Of a stretch of 64,000 nt of DNA, positions 47,657 to 57,333 are shown in pieces. Origin of the DNA: Spirochaetales bacterium (GTDB lineage: Bacteria; Spirochaetota; Spirochaetia; Treponematales; UBA12059); NCBI GenBank assembly GCA_016928955.1, contig JAFGJV010000004.1:323736-387735 (forward strand). Reading direction: 5' to 3'. The translations under genes were made by a program, and so were the position numbers. How positions within the stretch are numbered: the stretch's first letter is position 1; every line of letters begins with the position of its first letter. The notes beneath the pieces were generated by a model. The model was not told the DNA's origin. It saw nothing but the letters and a program-made list of their open reading frames with translations, and ran no database searches.

Positions 47657-49726
47657 TTACCGCAGCGGGGCAAAATACCCGCCCTCGTCCTTGCCCGATC
47701 TCCCGCGCAGGTACACTTCCACGTTCACTCGGAGGTAGTCCAGCCCGAAACCGTCAGGGGCCCCTGACATGAAGGATAGGCGGTACCAACCAGTGTTCCT
47801 GGACCGGAGGTCGGCTGCCAAACCAGCAAGTCCCTCGGGACGGTCGGCACGCGCCACCTGGCCGCCCGTGGCGTCCGCGAGATAGCCCAGCAGAGGAGCG
47901 GCGGGATCAGAGCCAAGCACCACTGCGTAGAACGCTATACCGTTGTTCCGCAGTACAGCGGCTAGCTCGGCGGCCGCGGGCCCGTCTAGGAATTGTTCGT
48001 TGACCGAACCGGTAGTAAGGTAGAAAACCGCCTTGCGCCCGGTGGCGTCAAAGAGGCTGCCTGCCGCCAGCCGCACGCCCGAATCAAAGCGCCAGCTCTG
48101 GCTTGGCTTCATGGCGAGCAGGGCCGCGCTCATGTCCCGGAGGCCGCCGCCCACAGGCGGTTGGGCCTGGTTGCCCGCCAGCAACAAGACCGACGACGCG
48201 TCGCCGCCGAGCGCCCCGTGAAGCTCGGTCAGCCTGTCCCTTGCCTCAGTCCTGGCCTGGGCCATGGCCGGCGAGCCCTCAACCAGGAACACGGCGTCTA
48301 TGCGTTGATCCGCGTCCAGGCTGCCCAGGAACGAAAGGTCATCTACCGTGTTGATGCGCTGCAGTTTGTAATCCACGGCCTGGCCGGCTTCAAGCCTACG
48401 CTCTATGGTCTCGACTAGCTCCGACACGTAGAAATTCCCCAGCCCCAAACCGCCCACAGCCCTGCCCCTGCGGTCGAGCACCCTGACGTCAAGACTGACA
48501 CTCGGGAAGGACGACGCGTCCACACGCAATAGCTCCAGCGACAGCCCGGTATAGCGCTCGGCGGGATCGGACAGGTACACAAGCTCAGACGCGTCAAAGT
48601 CCGCAATGACCAGCTCGCCGTTGGCATCAAAGGCGGCGGATACAAGGCGGGCGTCGGCACGGTCTGCTCGGAACAGCTCCCTGAGGCCTTCCGTCTCCGG
48701 GTCGACCAAAACGACGCGTACGCTGTCGGCCACCAAGAGGGAACCTTCATGGGCGCGCATGCCCTCCGGCCTGACCAAGCGCCCCTCGGCCACGCTCCCG
48801 AGGTAGTTGCCGTAGGAATCGAACGCGTAAATGCCCCTGCGTGCGGCGTCCGCCACATACACGGTGTCACCGATCACGGCCACGCCCGTGGGTATGCTGA
48901 GGCCGGCAAAAACCGCCGACTTGCCGCCAAACGCCAGCACCGGCTTGCCTTCCGGGCTGTATTTGACGACCCGAGACATGCCCACGTCGCTCACGTACAG
49001 AAAACCGTCGTGGTCCAGGACCAGGTACTGGGGCCCGGCCAGCTTTCTCTGTGGCTGCTCGTGATACGACCGAACCGACCCGTTGACGCCGAGCCTGACC
49101 AAGCGATCCGCCTGGAACTCGCTCAAGACCATATCACCGTCCGGGAGCAGGGCAAGGGCGTATGGCCGGTCAAAACCGCTTGAGCCGCCCGTGTAGGTGG
49201 CGACGATTTGTCCGTTAGCGCTGACCTTCAACACCTCGTTCGTGCCGTGGGCCACCAGCAAAAGGGATCCGTCCGGCAGGGGCTCTACCCAGCTTGGCCG
49301 GAGGAAACGACGCTCCGAACCCGCCACTCCCGCCAACTCAGCGTAGCGAACGTAGCTGTCTCCAGCCTGGCCGGCGTTTGGATCTATCAGGCCTTCCGCC
49401 AGCTCAAGCCTGGCTTGAAGAAACGGCGATGGACCGCCGGACTCCATCGCGTCACGCCACAGCTCAAAAGCCGTGGTTGCCGCCCCCAGGCGCCAGTACG
49501 CTTTGCCCAGCCAGAACGAGCTCAGGGGATCGTCAGGAGACGAACCCAGCGCCTGCTCGAAAAGCAGGAGCGACTCCGCGTAACGGCCCGAGTTGTACGC
49601 CTCCACTCCGGTGCGGAATGCTTCCTGGGCCGCCGGCTCGGAAAACTGGTAGGGAAACTGGGCAAACAGTGGCGCGGCGCTGGCCAGGACCAGCGCCAGG
49701 CATACGGAACGGCGCGGGACGTTCAT
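47657..49726 (-). CDS. Exported TPR + NHL-repeat beta-propeller + vWA-like protein
   Basis: Signal peptide, TPR helices, FDRPYALA / LSIPTGVAV / LVRPEGM repeats, DASSFPSV and a C-terminal alpha/beta region (LADATGG). Confidence 0.8.
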   Translation of the reverse strand: MNVPRRSVCLALVLASAAPLFAQFPYQFSEPAAQEAFRTGVEAYNSGRYAESLLLFEQALGSSPDDPLSSFWLGKAYWRLGAATTAFELWRDAMESGGPSPFLQARLELAEGLIDPNAGQAGDSYVRYAELAGVAGSERRFLRPSWVEPLPDGSLLLVAHGTNEVLKVSANGQIVATYTGGSSGFDRPYALALLPDGDMVLSEFQADRLVRLGVNGSVRSYHEQPQRKLAGPQYLVLDHDGFLYVSDVGMSRVVKYSPEGKPVLAFGGKSAVFAGLSIPTGVAVIGDTVYVADAARRGIYAFDSYGNYLGSVAEGRLVRPEGMRAHEGSLLVADSVRVVLVDPETEGLRELFRADRADARLVSAAFDANGELVIADFDASELVYLSDPAERYTGLSLELLRVDASSFPSVSLDVRVLDRRGRAVGGLGLGNFYVSELVETIERRLEAGQAVDYKLQRINTVDDLSFLGSLDADQRIDAVFLVEGSPAMAQARTEARDRLTELHGALGGDASSVLLLAGNQAQPPVGGGLRDMSAALLAMKPSQSWRFDSGVRLAAGSLFDATGRKAVFYLTTGSVNEQFLDGPAAAELAAVLRNNGIAFYAVVLGSDPAAPLLGYLADATGGQVARADRPEGLAGLAADLRSRNTGWYRLSFMSGAPDGFGLDYLRVNVEVYLRGRSGKDEGGYFAPLR

Positions 49727-50409
49727 GCTTCCGCCTTTCGGAGGCGTTCCATGTGTCTTTTCACCTCGTCGTTGGCCGGCAGTTTGCCCGCCGCGTATTC
49801 CAGAAAGCGTTTTGCCTCGTCGACCATGCCCAAAAGAAGGTAGGTCCAGCCCAGCGAGTCTGCGTACGCCGGATTGCCCGGCGACCCTTCCACCGCCTTG
49901 CGGCAGCAGGCCAGGGCCTTTTTCAGGTCGCCATCCTTGCATGCCAGGATGTATCCGTAGCCGTTGAGGGCGTTCAGGTTGTCAGGCGCTTTGTCCAAGG
50001 CCTTTGCGTACCATGACAGCGCCTCGTCCAGCCGCCCCTGGGACCAGCTAGCATAGCCGAGAGAAGCCAGAACCTGGACGCTCTCGTCGCCGCCCTCAAG
50101 GAGCTTTTTGAGTTCGTACTCAGCCAGCTTGGATCTCCCGGTCACACTGTACACGTATGAGAGGGCCAGGCGGCACTGCTTGACCCTGGCGTCGTCCGCC
50201 CCCGAGGTGACCACTTGCTCCAGATACAGGAGGGCCTCGTCATGGCGACCGAGGCGGGCATGGCAGAGCCCAAGTATGTAGGCCAGATCCAGGTAATTGG
50301 CCTCGTCCACCTCGGCTTCCGCAAGGGTGAGCAGGGCCGACTCGTAGTCGCCAGAACGGTAGTCGGCCAGGGCCCTGCTCAGGGCGTCCTGGCTTGAAAG
50401 AGCGCTCAT
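49723..50409 (-). CDS. Tetratricopeptide repeat protein
   Basis: Tandem TPRs including ALNGYGYILA and YADSLGW. Confidence 0.85.
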   Translation of the reverse strand: MSALSSQDALSRALADYRSGDYESALLTLAEAEVDEANYLDLAYILGLCHARLGRHDEALLYLEQVVTSGADDARVKQCRLALSYVYSVTGRSKLAEYELKKLLEGGDESVQVLASLGYASWSQGRLDEALSWYAKALDKAPDNLNALNGYGYILACKDGDLKKALACCRKAVEGSPGNPAYADSLGWTYLLLGMVDEAKRFLEYAAGKLPANDEVKRHMERLRKAEA

Positions 50410-51131
50410 GCCCCGCCCCTGTTCGCGGCCTGGGGATAGACGAGCACGCGCGTCAGGGACGCGCGGCCTGACGACACGACATCCTCGTCGGTATTGGCCG
50501 CCTTGACCGTCTCTACCCTGCCGTCCGTGAAGAAGCAGTACGAGTGCCCGTCTGGACCGTCGAAAATTTTCATGGTGTCGTGGTACAGGCGCGTGGAAGG
50601 CACACAGGAAACCAGCTCAAAGCGGTGCGCGTCGTCAGCGTTGGGCGCGTTGATGTTGAGGAACACGTCGGGATTCCAGAGCGCCATGAGCTCATCCAGG
50701 CGTTCGGCCAACGTGTACGCCACGGCGGCGTAGCGGAACGGGGCGCTGAATTCGGCCAACGACACGGCTATGCCCGGTATGCCGTTCATGGACGCCTGCC
50801 TGGCAGCCGCCGCGGTGCCCGAGTAAATCAGGTCGGTGCCTAGATTGGGGCCCCGGTTGATGCCAGACACGACCAGGTCAGGCTTGACCGGCAGGACGCC
50901 GTGCCCCGCCAGGATGACGCAGTCCGCCGGGGTGCCCGAGCACGAGTATTCTCGCTCGGACAGTTTTCTGATCTTGAGCGGGTGCCTGAGCGTCATGGCG
51001 TGGCTCTGGCCAGATCGCTCACCGTCCGGGGCGAACACCCAGGCCGTGTGGCCCTGGGCTTCCAGAGCCTCCGATAGGACCTTGAGCCCGTCGCTCATGT
51101 AGCCATCGTCGTTGGTAACCAAGATGTTCAT
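50406..51131 (-). CDS. surE: 5'/3'-nucleotidase SurE
   Basis: MNILVTNDDG, SGTPADCV, SGINRGPNLG and YSGT motifs. Confidence 0.96.
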   Translation of the reverse strand: MNILVTNDDGYMSDGLKVLSEALEAQGHTAWVFAPDGERSGQSHAMTLRHPLKIRKLSEREYSCSGTPADCVILAGHGVLPVKPDLVVSGINRGPNLGTDLIYSGTAAAARQASMNGIPGIAVSLAEFSAPFRYAAVAYTLAERLDELMALWNPDVFLNINAPNADDAHRFELVSCVPSTRLYHDTMKIFDGPDGHSYCFFTDGRVETVKAANTDEDVVSSGRASLTRVLVYPQAANRGGA

Positions 51132-51162
51132 CTGTTCTCCCGCCCCGGAAACGCTCGTGCGC

Positions 51163-52311
51163 TCAACGCTCGGCCGGCTCGTCCGGCACTTTCCAGGGTC
51201 CGATTTTGTTCAGCGAGGGCTTGAAGCCGAATATTCGCTCGTATTCCTCAAGGCGTTCGCGATAGGCGTCCTCGGCGTCCTGCGGCATGAGGGTAATCGT
51301 GCATCCGCCAAAACCTCTGCCGACCATGCGGCTAGCCAGCACGCCGTCTATTTCCATGGCCCGCTTGACCAGCCAGTCTATCTCCGGGCACGACAACTCG
51401 TAATGGTTTCTGAGGCCCATTTGGGACTTGTACAGGCACCGGCCGAACGCCGGAAGGTCCTTGCGCTTGAGCGCGTCCCGTGCGTCCCTGATGCGCCCCA
51501 TCTCCTCCATGAAGAACGTGCAATGCCGGCGGATATGTTCCGGCATGACGCCCAGGTGCTCGTCCAGGTCCGCTACCGTATATGCCCTGAGCCCCCGCGC
51601 TCCGCCGCCGAGCATGGACAGGCCCTTGGCGCAGTCGGCTACCCTGGCCTTGAGTTCCCTGTCCACAGGCGGGCGGGGCACTCGGGAATCGGTAAGATAC
51701 AGCCCGTATTTTCCCAAGGGAAGGGACAGCGTCTCGGACTTGCCGTCGCGCGCGTCCACCACAACCATGGCGCCGGGCTTGGCCCGTATACAGGCCGCGG
51801 CATCCGAAGGCAAGGCGCTTTTTTCAAGATAGGTCGAAGCCAGCTCGTAGGCCGCCTGTTCCGTCTGCGCGGCGTCCAGCTTCCTCCCGGCCAGAATCGC
51901 CGCCAGCCGCAACGAGCATACCAGCAAGGCCGTTGACGATCCCAGGCCAAGCGCCTGGGGTATGTCGCCGGATATGGTAAAATTCCAGCCATGGGCCAGG
52001 GGCACGCCGTCGGTCATGGCCAGTATGGCCCCTTTAAGGTAGTTGGCCCAGCGGTCCTCTCGGCGGAATTTCAGGTTGGCCGCGCTACTACGCTTACGCT
52101 CGTTGAGATCGGCCGCATAAAAACGAAGGGACGCGTCCTTGCGCGGACTGGCCGCGACCGACACATACCGGTTGAACGGCAGTGCCAGGTACTGGCCACC
52201 GGCTTCGGCTGTGTGGTCGCCGAGCAGCCGGATGACGCCCGGCGCGTGGGCAACGACTTCAGGCGAGGCTTCGTACTCACTCCGGTGCAATTGACGTATG
52301 TCCATGGGCAC
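51163..52311 (-). CDS. galK: Galactokinase-family (GHMP) protein, diverged
   Basis: WANYLKG, IPQALGLGSS, RNHYELSCPEID and RMVGRGFGGC motifs. Confidence 0.78.
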   Translation of the reverse strand: MPMDIRQLHRSEYEASPEVVAHAPGVIRLLGDHTAEAGGQYLALPFNRYVSVAASPRKDASLRFYAADLNERKRSSAANLKFRREDRWANYLKGAILAMTDGVPLAHGWNFTISGDIPQALGLGSSTALLVCSLRLAAILAGRKLDAAQTEQAAYELASTYLEKSALPSDAAACIRAKPGAMVVVDARDGKSETLSLPLGKYGLYLTDSRVPRPPVDRELKARVADCAKGLSMLGGGARGLRAYTVADLDEHLGVMPEHIRRHCTFFMEEMGRIRDARDALKRKDLPAFGRCLYKSQMGLRNHYELSCPEIDWLVKRAMEIDGVLASRMVGRGFGGCTITLMPQDAEDAYRERLEEYERIFGFKPSLNKIGPWKVPDEPAER

Positions 52312-52563
52312 GCCTTCCGCCGCTATAGCGCGCAGACGAACCGGCGCACGGCGCCCTGTTCCATCCGCATGCTCTTAATAACGTTTTTTGCTTGGCTCAC
52401 GCGCGTCCGTGTCCGGCACCCATGAGCTTCAGCCGTCAGCCACGAGCGTTCACAGGATCAAGAAACAGCGCTAGATGCGAAACCTTCCCACAACCGCATG
52501 GTTACCGGTACCGGCTCACTACAGCGCGGCAATCAGCCTGAACCCGTGCCATGGCCTGTGGGT

Positions 52564-52592
52564 ATCATACTTCAAAACGCCCTTGCCTTCAA
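52564..52592 (-). promoter_or_regulatory. Putative promoter about 250 nt upstream of the galK-like gene
   Basis: TTGAAG-17 nt-TATGAT on the minus strand. Confidence 0.55.
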
Positions 52593-52640
52593 TAAAAATC
52601 GCCTGAACGGCCAGCCCGTGTCTGACCAGGACGCTCTACT

Positions 52641-52675
52641 TTGACAGCCTGGCGCGCCGGGTATACTATCTGAGT
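52641..52675 (+). promoter_or_regulatory. Leaderless sigma70 promoter
   Basis: TTGACA-17 nt-TACTAT, then 6 nt to the ATG. Confidence 0.7.
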
Positions 52676-53221
52676 ATGACAGCTCGCTTAAGGCCCGCCT
52701 TGCTCCTTGTTGCCCTGGCATTTCTCCTCTCGTCCTGCCCGGGGCTCCCTCCGCCCGGCACTGACGGGCAGCCTATTTCGGACACAGGAACGGATACCCA
52801 GGCGCCCGGCGCGCAGGATGCCTTCGATCCGTCCACCATATCGCCAGAGATGAAGGAAAGCGCCTTTGTGGACATCCGAGGCCTCATAGATCAACTGAAT
52901 ACCATCATACGGAACAGGGATATAGACTCGTGGAGGGCCTACCTGACCGAAGAATACGTGGCGTACTACTCTGATGCCGCTACCCTGGCCGAGATTTCCC
53001 AGGAGCCCGCCCTCAAGCGCTACGACATCGTCCTCAGGACCCTTGCTGACTACTTTCAGTATGTGGTGTATCCATCCCGCCAGAACATGAAGGTGGACGA
53101 CATAGAATTCGTTGGGCCCGACCATGTACGGGCCATAACGGTGAATTTGAAAGGCGAGCGCCTGGTACTTTACAATCTGGAGAAAATCGGCGATACATGG
53201 AAGATAGGTATATGGAGGTGA
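52676..53221 (+). CDS. Hypothetical lipoprotein (possibly NTF2-like C-terminal domain)
   Basis: LLSSC lipobox. Ends EKIGDTWKI. Confidence 0.72.
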   Translation: MTARLRPALLLVALAFLLSSCPGLPPPGTDGQPISDTGTDTQAPGAQDAFDPSTISPEMKESAFVDIRGLIDQLNTIIRNRDIDSWRAYLTEEYVAYYSDAATLAEISQEPALKRYDIVLRTLADYFQYVVYPSRQNMKVDDIEFVGPDHVRAITVNLKGERLVLYNLEKIGDTWKIGIWR

Positions 53222-53223
53222 CC

Positions 53224-53928
53224 ATGAAGCGCTGCCTGGTTTTGTGCGCGGTACTGATAGCCCTGTGTGGCCTGCCCGTCTGGGCCCAAACCACCACCAG
53301 CGCTGGGCGCACGGTTGAGGAATCCTACCTGCAGGAATCCCTTGAGACCATGATCATCAGGGAACAGGCCTACGCCGACAGCAAGGACATGAAGCTGGTA
53401 GCCCTCCAGTACATACGCCAGGCCGTGGAAGAAGGCCGCATGAACCCTGAGATCAGCAGGGCCCTGGAGTACCTGGCGTCCGAAACCACCCTGATCCAGA
53501 TACGCTCGGGCGGCGTTGGGCGCATTATCAACGACTACCCGGACGTGCGCAGGGAAGCCTGCCTCCTGCTCGGCGAGTTCAAGACGGTGGAAGCCAAGGA
53601 CACCCTGCTCAAAGTGGCTCTTTCCGACGACGAGCCGATGGTCATAGCGGCCGCCATCCGCTCCCTGGGCAAGATAGGCATGAATGAGAACGACGACGTA
53701 ACGCAGGCTATCGCCTTCATCGTCAACCGCTTTGACATACTCATGCCGGACAACAGTCTGGCCTTTGAGAGCCTGGTGGCCCTGGAATTCCTGGCCGACG
53801 CGTCCGGCGGGCTCAAGGATCCCGCGGCCATCCGCGCCATCCTACGCATCGCCGACGGCAACTACATCACGCCGGTCAAGCAGAAGGCAAAACAGCTGCT
53901 GGACAAGCTGCGATCCATGTCCAACTAG
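53224..53928 (+). CDS. Exported HEAT-repeat protein
   Basis: GGAGGTG SD, signal peptide, DVRREACLLLG and VIAAAIRSLGKIG repeats. Confidence 0.82.
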   Translation: MKRCLVLCAVLIALCGLPVWAQTTTSAGRTVEESYLQESLETMIIREQAYADSKDMKLVALQYIRQAVEEGRMNPEISRALEYLASETTLIQIRSGGVGRIINDYPDVRREACLLLGEFKTVEAKDTLLKVALSDDEPMVIAAAIRSLGKIGMNENDDVTQAIAFIVNRFDILMPDNSLAFESLVALEFLADASGGLKDPAAIRAILRIADGNYITPVKQKAKQLLDKLRSMSN

Positions 53929-53943
53929 AGTCACCGGATACGG

Positions 53944-53975
53944 CAAAGCCCCGGCAGCATGCTGCCGGGGCTTTG
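53944..53975. terminator. Bidirectional terminator-like palindrome between the HEAT gene and tRNA-Arg
   Basis: Perfect 32-bp palindrome CAAAGCCCCGGCAGCATGCTGCCGGGGCTTTG. Confidence 0.8.
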
Positions 53976-53991
53976 TTGTATGCGCCTGCTA

Positions 53992-54065
53992 TGAGCGATG
54001 CGCGATTCGAACGCGCCACCTACAGCTCCGGAGGCTGTCGCTCTATCCAAATGAGCTAATCGCTC
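53992..54065 (-). tRNA. tRNA-Arg (CCG), CCA not encoded
   Basis: GAGCGAT/ATCGCTC acceptor stem, ACAGC-CT CCG GA-GCTGT anticodon arm and GTTCGAATC. Upstream TTGACA-18-TACTAT. Confidence 0.95.
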
Positions 54066-54169
54066 GGGCCGGCCATCATAGTACCCAGTCGGACCAGCCG
54101 CTGTCAAGGCTGGCCGGGCTCGGGCAAGCGCCCTTCCACCCCGCCCCTGACCTGCGTTAGAGTACAGCC

Positions 54170-54778
54170 ATGTTCTCCGACACCATCCTCCTTGCCAGTT
54201 CGTCGCCACGCAGGCAGCAGTTGCTTGCCGCCCTGGGCGTGCCCTTCGTAGCCGTATCCGCGGACATTGACGAAAGCGCCTGCGACCACATGCCGGTGTA
54301 TGAACGGGTCCAGGAGCTGGCCAAACGCAAGTCCTTGGCCGGAGCCGACGCCTGGCGCTCGGCCCATGGCGTGGCCGACTGTCCTCGCTGGGTTCTGGGA
54401 GCGGATACCCTGGTCGCCCTGGACGGGACTGTCTTCGGCAAGCCTGCAGACCGCGAACACGCCCGGGCCATGCTGGAAACCCTGAGCGGACGCACGCACG
54501 AGGTGCTCACGGGCCTGGCCGTCTTGGACACGGCCAGCGGCGTTACGCGGATGATAGCGTCCAGAACAGACGTAAGCGTGGCCGCTATGGGTCAGGACGA
54601 GCTTACGTCCTACCTGGATACGGGCGAATGGATGGGGGCCGCCGGCGCCTACAGAGCCCAGGAACGCGCTGGTCTTTTCATCGAGCGGGTAAGCGGATCT
54701 TTCTCGGGGGTCGTGGGCTTGCCACTCCGGGAGTTTTATGTCATCCTTGGTCGGTCCGGGTACCCTCTCAGAAGGTGA
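54170..54778 (+). CDS. maf: Maf family nucleotide pyrophosphatase
   Basis: LLASSSPRR, VLGADTLV, GKP, LSGRTHEV and VVGLP motifs. Confidence 0.93.
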   Translation: MFSDTILLASSSPRRQQLLAALGVPFVAVSADIDESACDHMPVYERVQELAKRKSLAGADAWRSAHGVADCPRWVLGADTLVALDGTVFGKPADREHARAMLETLSGRTHEVLTGLAVLDTASGVTRMIASRTDVSVAAMGQDELTSYLDTGEWMGAAGAYRAQERAGLFIERVSGSFSGVVGLPLREFYVILGRSGYPLRR

Positions 54779-54898
54779 CCGGGCACGAGCCCGGTGGCAC
54801 AAGCCGCCTGGCCAACCATTTTCCGTCCCGGCCTCGCGCCGGGAACGAGAACAAGCGAAGGGGGCTCCGCCATGCGCGGGGCCGCGTTGGAGGAAATC

Positions 54899-55774
54899 GT
54901 GGCTGTAGTCACCATGAAAAGCCTCCTGGAGTCCGGAGTACACTTCGGCCACCAGGTGAAGCGCTGGGATCCTCGGATGAAGAAGTTCATCTTCGCCGAG
55001 CGTAACGGGATCCACATCATCGACCTGCAGAAGACCATCCAGTCTATCAAGGAAGCCTACGAGGCCGTCCGCAAGACGGTTGCCGCGGGCAGGCCGGTCC
55101 TGTTCGTCGGTACCAAGAAGCAGGCCCAGCAGGCCATACAGAAAGAAGCCGAGCGCTGCGAGCAGTTCTACGTGAACAATCGCTGGCTTGGCGGCATGCT
55201 CACCAACTTTGCCACGGTGCGCAAGTCCATTGAGCGCCTCATCAAGCTCGAAAAAGAGGATTTCTCCAGCCTTACCAAAAAGGAACAGGCCCAGCTCCAG
55301 AAGGAAAAAACAAAGCTGGACAAGAACCTTGCCGGCATCAAGGGCATGAACAAGCTCCCCGGCATCATCTTTGTAATCGACACCCGCAAGGAAGCCATCG
55401 CCGTGGCGGAAGCCCAGCGCCTGGGAATCCCCATCGTCGCCGTGGTCGACACCAACTGCAATCCCGAGGGCATCACCTACCCCATCCCCGGCAACGATGA
55501 CGCCATCCGCTCCATCAGCCTCTTTACCCAGATCATAGCCAACGCCGTGGTCGAGGCCGAGAGCGAGACCGGCCTTAAGATCATCGAGACCCTGCAGGAC
55601 GACGACGCGGCCCCCGCGGCTGACGCCGCTGCCGCCGCACCCACCGAGGACGAGGAAGTGGAAGTGGATCCGTCCACCTACGTGGCCAGCGCCGAGGCTG
55701 AGGCCGCGCCCGTTTCCGAGGAAAGCACCCCGGAAGAGCCCATCGTCGAAGAAGACAAGTTCTACACCAAATAA
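54899..55774 (+). CDS. rpsB: 30S ribosomal protein S2 with an acidic tail
   Basis: [19 protein letters not shown] and [15 protein letters not shown] motifs. GGAGG SD and GTG start. Confidence 0.98.
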   Translation: MAVVTMKSLLESGVHFGHQVKRWDPRMKKFIFAERNGIHIIDLQKTIQSIKEAYEAVRKTVAAGRPVLFVGTKKQAQQAIQKEAERCEQFYVNNRWLGGMLTNFATVRKSIERLIKLEKEDFSSLTKKEQAQLQKEKTKLDKNLAGIKGMNKLPGIIFVIDTRKEAIAVAEAQRLGIPIVAVVDTNCNPEGITYPIPGNDDAIRSISLFTQIIANAVVEAESETGLKIIETLQDDDAAPAADAAAAAPTEDEEVEVDPSTYVASAEAEAAPVSEESTPEEPIVEEDKFYTK

Positions 55775-55784
55775 GGAGTCCCGC

Positions 55785-56633
55785 ATGGACATCAAGGCAA
55801 GCGACATCAAGAGTCTGCGCGACAAGACCGGCGCGGGTATGATGGACTGCAAGAAGGCCCTGGTAGAAGCCCAGGGCGATGTCAAGCAGGCCGAAAAGCT
55901 GATCAAGGAATGGGGCCTGGCCGGCGTCGAGAAGCGCGCCGGACGCGCCACCAACGAAGGCCGCATTTTCCTGGCGGAATCGCCTGAGGCCATAGCCCTG
56001 GTAGAGATTGACTGCGAGACCGACTTTGTGGCCCGCAACGAGGATTTCATAGCCTCTGGCAACAAGATGGCCGCCCTCTGCCTGGCCAAAGGCTACGACA
56101 AGCCCAACAACGAGCTTGAGGAGCAGGTGCGCGAGCTGGCCAGCGTCATCAAGGAAAACATCACGCTCAAGCGCGTGACCCTGGTTAAGGCCGCAGCCAA
56201 CCAGTACCTGCACAGCTATGTCCACGGCGAAGGCAAGATCGGCGTCATCGTGACAGCCCAGAGCGACAAGGCGGATGCCTTCGCGTCCTCCGACGTGACC
56301 GGTTTCATCCACGACGTGGCCCTGCACATAGCCGCCTTCCACCCCATGTTCCTGGACCAGTCCCGCGTCGACGCGGCCTGGGTCAAGGAGCAGGAGGAAA
56401 TCTTCCAGAAGCAGGTCGAGGGCGACGAGAAGATGAAGGGCAAGCCAGAGAACGTCATCCAGGGCGTGCTCAAGGGCAAGCTCCAGAAGTTGATGAGCGA
56501 AATCTGCCTCTTGGACCAGGGTTTTGTGAAGGACGAGAAACAGAAGGTTTCCGCCGTCATGGCCGCCGTGGGCAAGTCCGCCGGCGCGACCCTGTCCATC
56601 AGCGATTACGTATACGCCCGCGTGGGCGAATAA
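55785..56633 (+). CDS. tsf: Elongation factor Ts
   Basis: LRDKTGAGMMDCKKAL and CETDFVARN motifs. Confidence 0.98.
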   Translation: MDIKASDIKSLRDKTGAGMMDCKKALVEAQGDVKQAEKLIKEWGLAGVEKRAGRATNEGRIFLAESPEAIALVEIDCETDFVARNEDFIASGNKMAALCLAKGYDKPNNELEEQVRELASVIKENITLKRVTLVKAAANQYLHSYVHGEGKIGVIVTAQSDKADAFASSDVTGFIHDVALHIAAFHPMFLDQSRVDAAWVKEQEEIFQKQVEGDEKMKGKPENVIQGVLKGKLQKLMSEICLLDQGFVKDEKQKVSAVMAAVGKSAGATLSISDYVYARVGE

Positions 56634-56648
56634 GCTCTTCGGCCGTCG

Positions 56649-56672
56649 GGCAAGCCCCATGATGGGCTTGCC
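56649..56672 (+). terminator. Hairpin after tsf
   Basis: GGCAAGCCC-CATGAT-GGGCTTGCC. No clear U-tract. Confidence 0.45.
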
Positions 56673-56778
56673 AGGCGGCTTGTTTGGTAGCACAGTGTAG
56701 TTTAAGGCGCGCAGGCGGCTGTCCGGCGCCATTCCATGCCACAGGGGGCCATGCGGCCCGCCATCCAGGGAGGAAACG

Positions 56779-57330
56779 ATGAGCGACATAAAAAGCGCAT
56801 GCGAAGATCGGATGAAAAAGACCCTGTCCGCCTTGAAGGACGAGTTCGCTGGCATTCGCACCGGTCGCGCGTCGCCATCCATCCTGGACAAACTGCGTGT
56901 CGACTACTACGGGGAGAAGACGCCCATAGCCCAGGTTGCCACGGTGTCCGTACCCGAGGCGAGGCTTATCGTCGTCCAGCCCTGGGATAAGGCCACCATA
57001 GGCGAAATCGAGAAGGCCATACTCAAGTCTGACCTTGGTCTCAATCCGTCCAACGACGGCAAGGTGATCCGCATATCCATCCCGCCCCTCACGGAGGAGC
57101 GCCGCAAGGACCTGGTCAAGCACGCCAAGGCGTCCGCCGAGCAGTCCCGCGTCGCCCTGCGCAATATCCGCCGCGACGGGCTTGAGGACCTGAAGAAGCT
57201 CAAGGACTCCGGCACGCCCGAGGACACCATCAAGAAATCCGAGGACGAACTCCAGAAACTCACCGATTCCTACGTTGCTCATATCAACAAGACCCTTGAG
57301 GACAAGGAAAAGGAGATCATGGAGGTCTGA
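56779..57330 (+). CDS. frr: Ribosome recycling factor
   Basis: IRTGRA, LGLNP, PPLTEERR and RNIRRD motifs. Confidence 0.98.
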   Translation: MSDIKSACEDRMKKTLSALKDEFAGIRTGRASPSILDKLRVDYYGEKTPIAQVATVSVPEARLIVVQPWDKATIGEIEKAILKSDLGLNPSNDGKVIRISIPPLTEERRKDLVKHAKASAEQSRVALRNIRRDGLEDLKKLKDSGTPEDTIKKSEDELQKLTDSYVAHINKTLEDKEKEIMEV

Positions 57331-57333
57331 GCC

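Noticed and set aside
47381..54065. Genomic island integrated at the tRNA genes
   Set aside because: No integrase, no duplicated tRNA 3' end and no compositional shift were seen, and the intervening genes look like core genes.
56634..56778. Missing pyrH between tsf and frr as a deletion event
   Set aside because: No remnant is visible, and tsf-frr adjacency is an ordinary arrangement in spirochaetes.
54104..56891. Long minus-strand ORFs (661 aa, 436 aa)
   Set aside because: They are antisense shadows of maf/rpsB/tsf.
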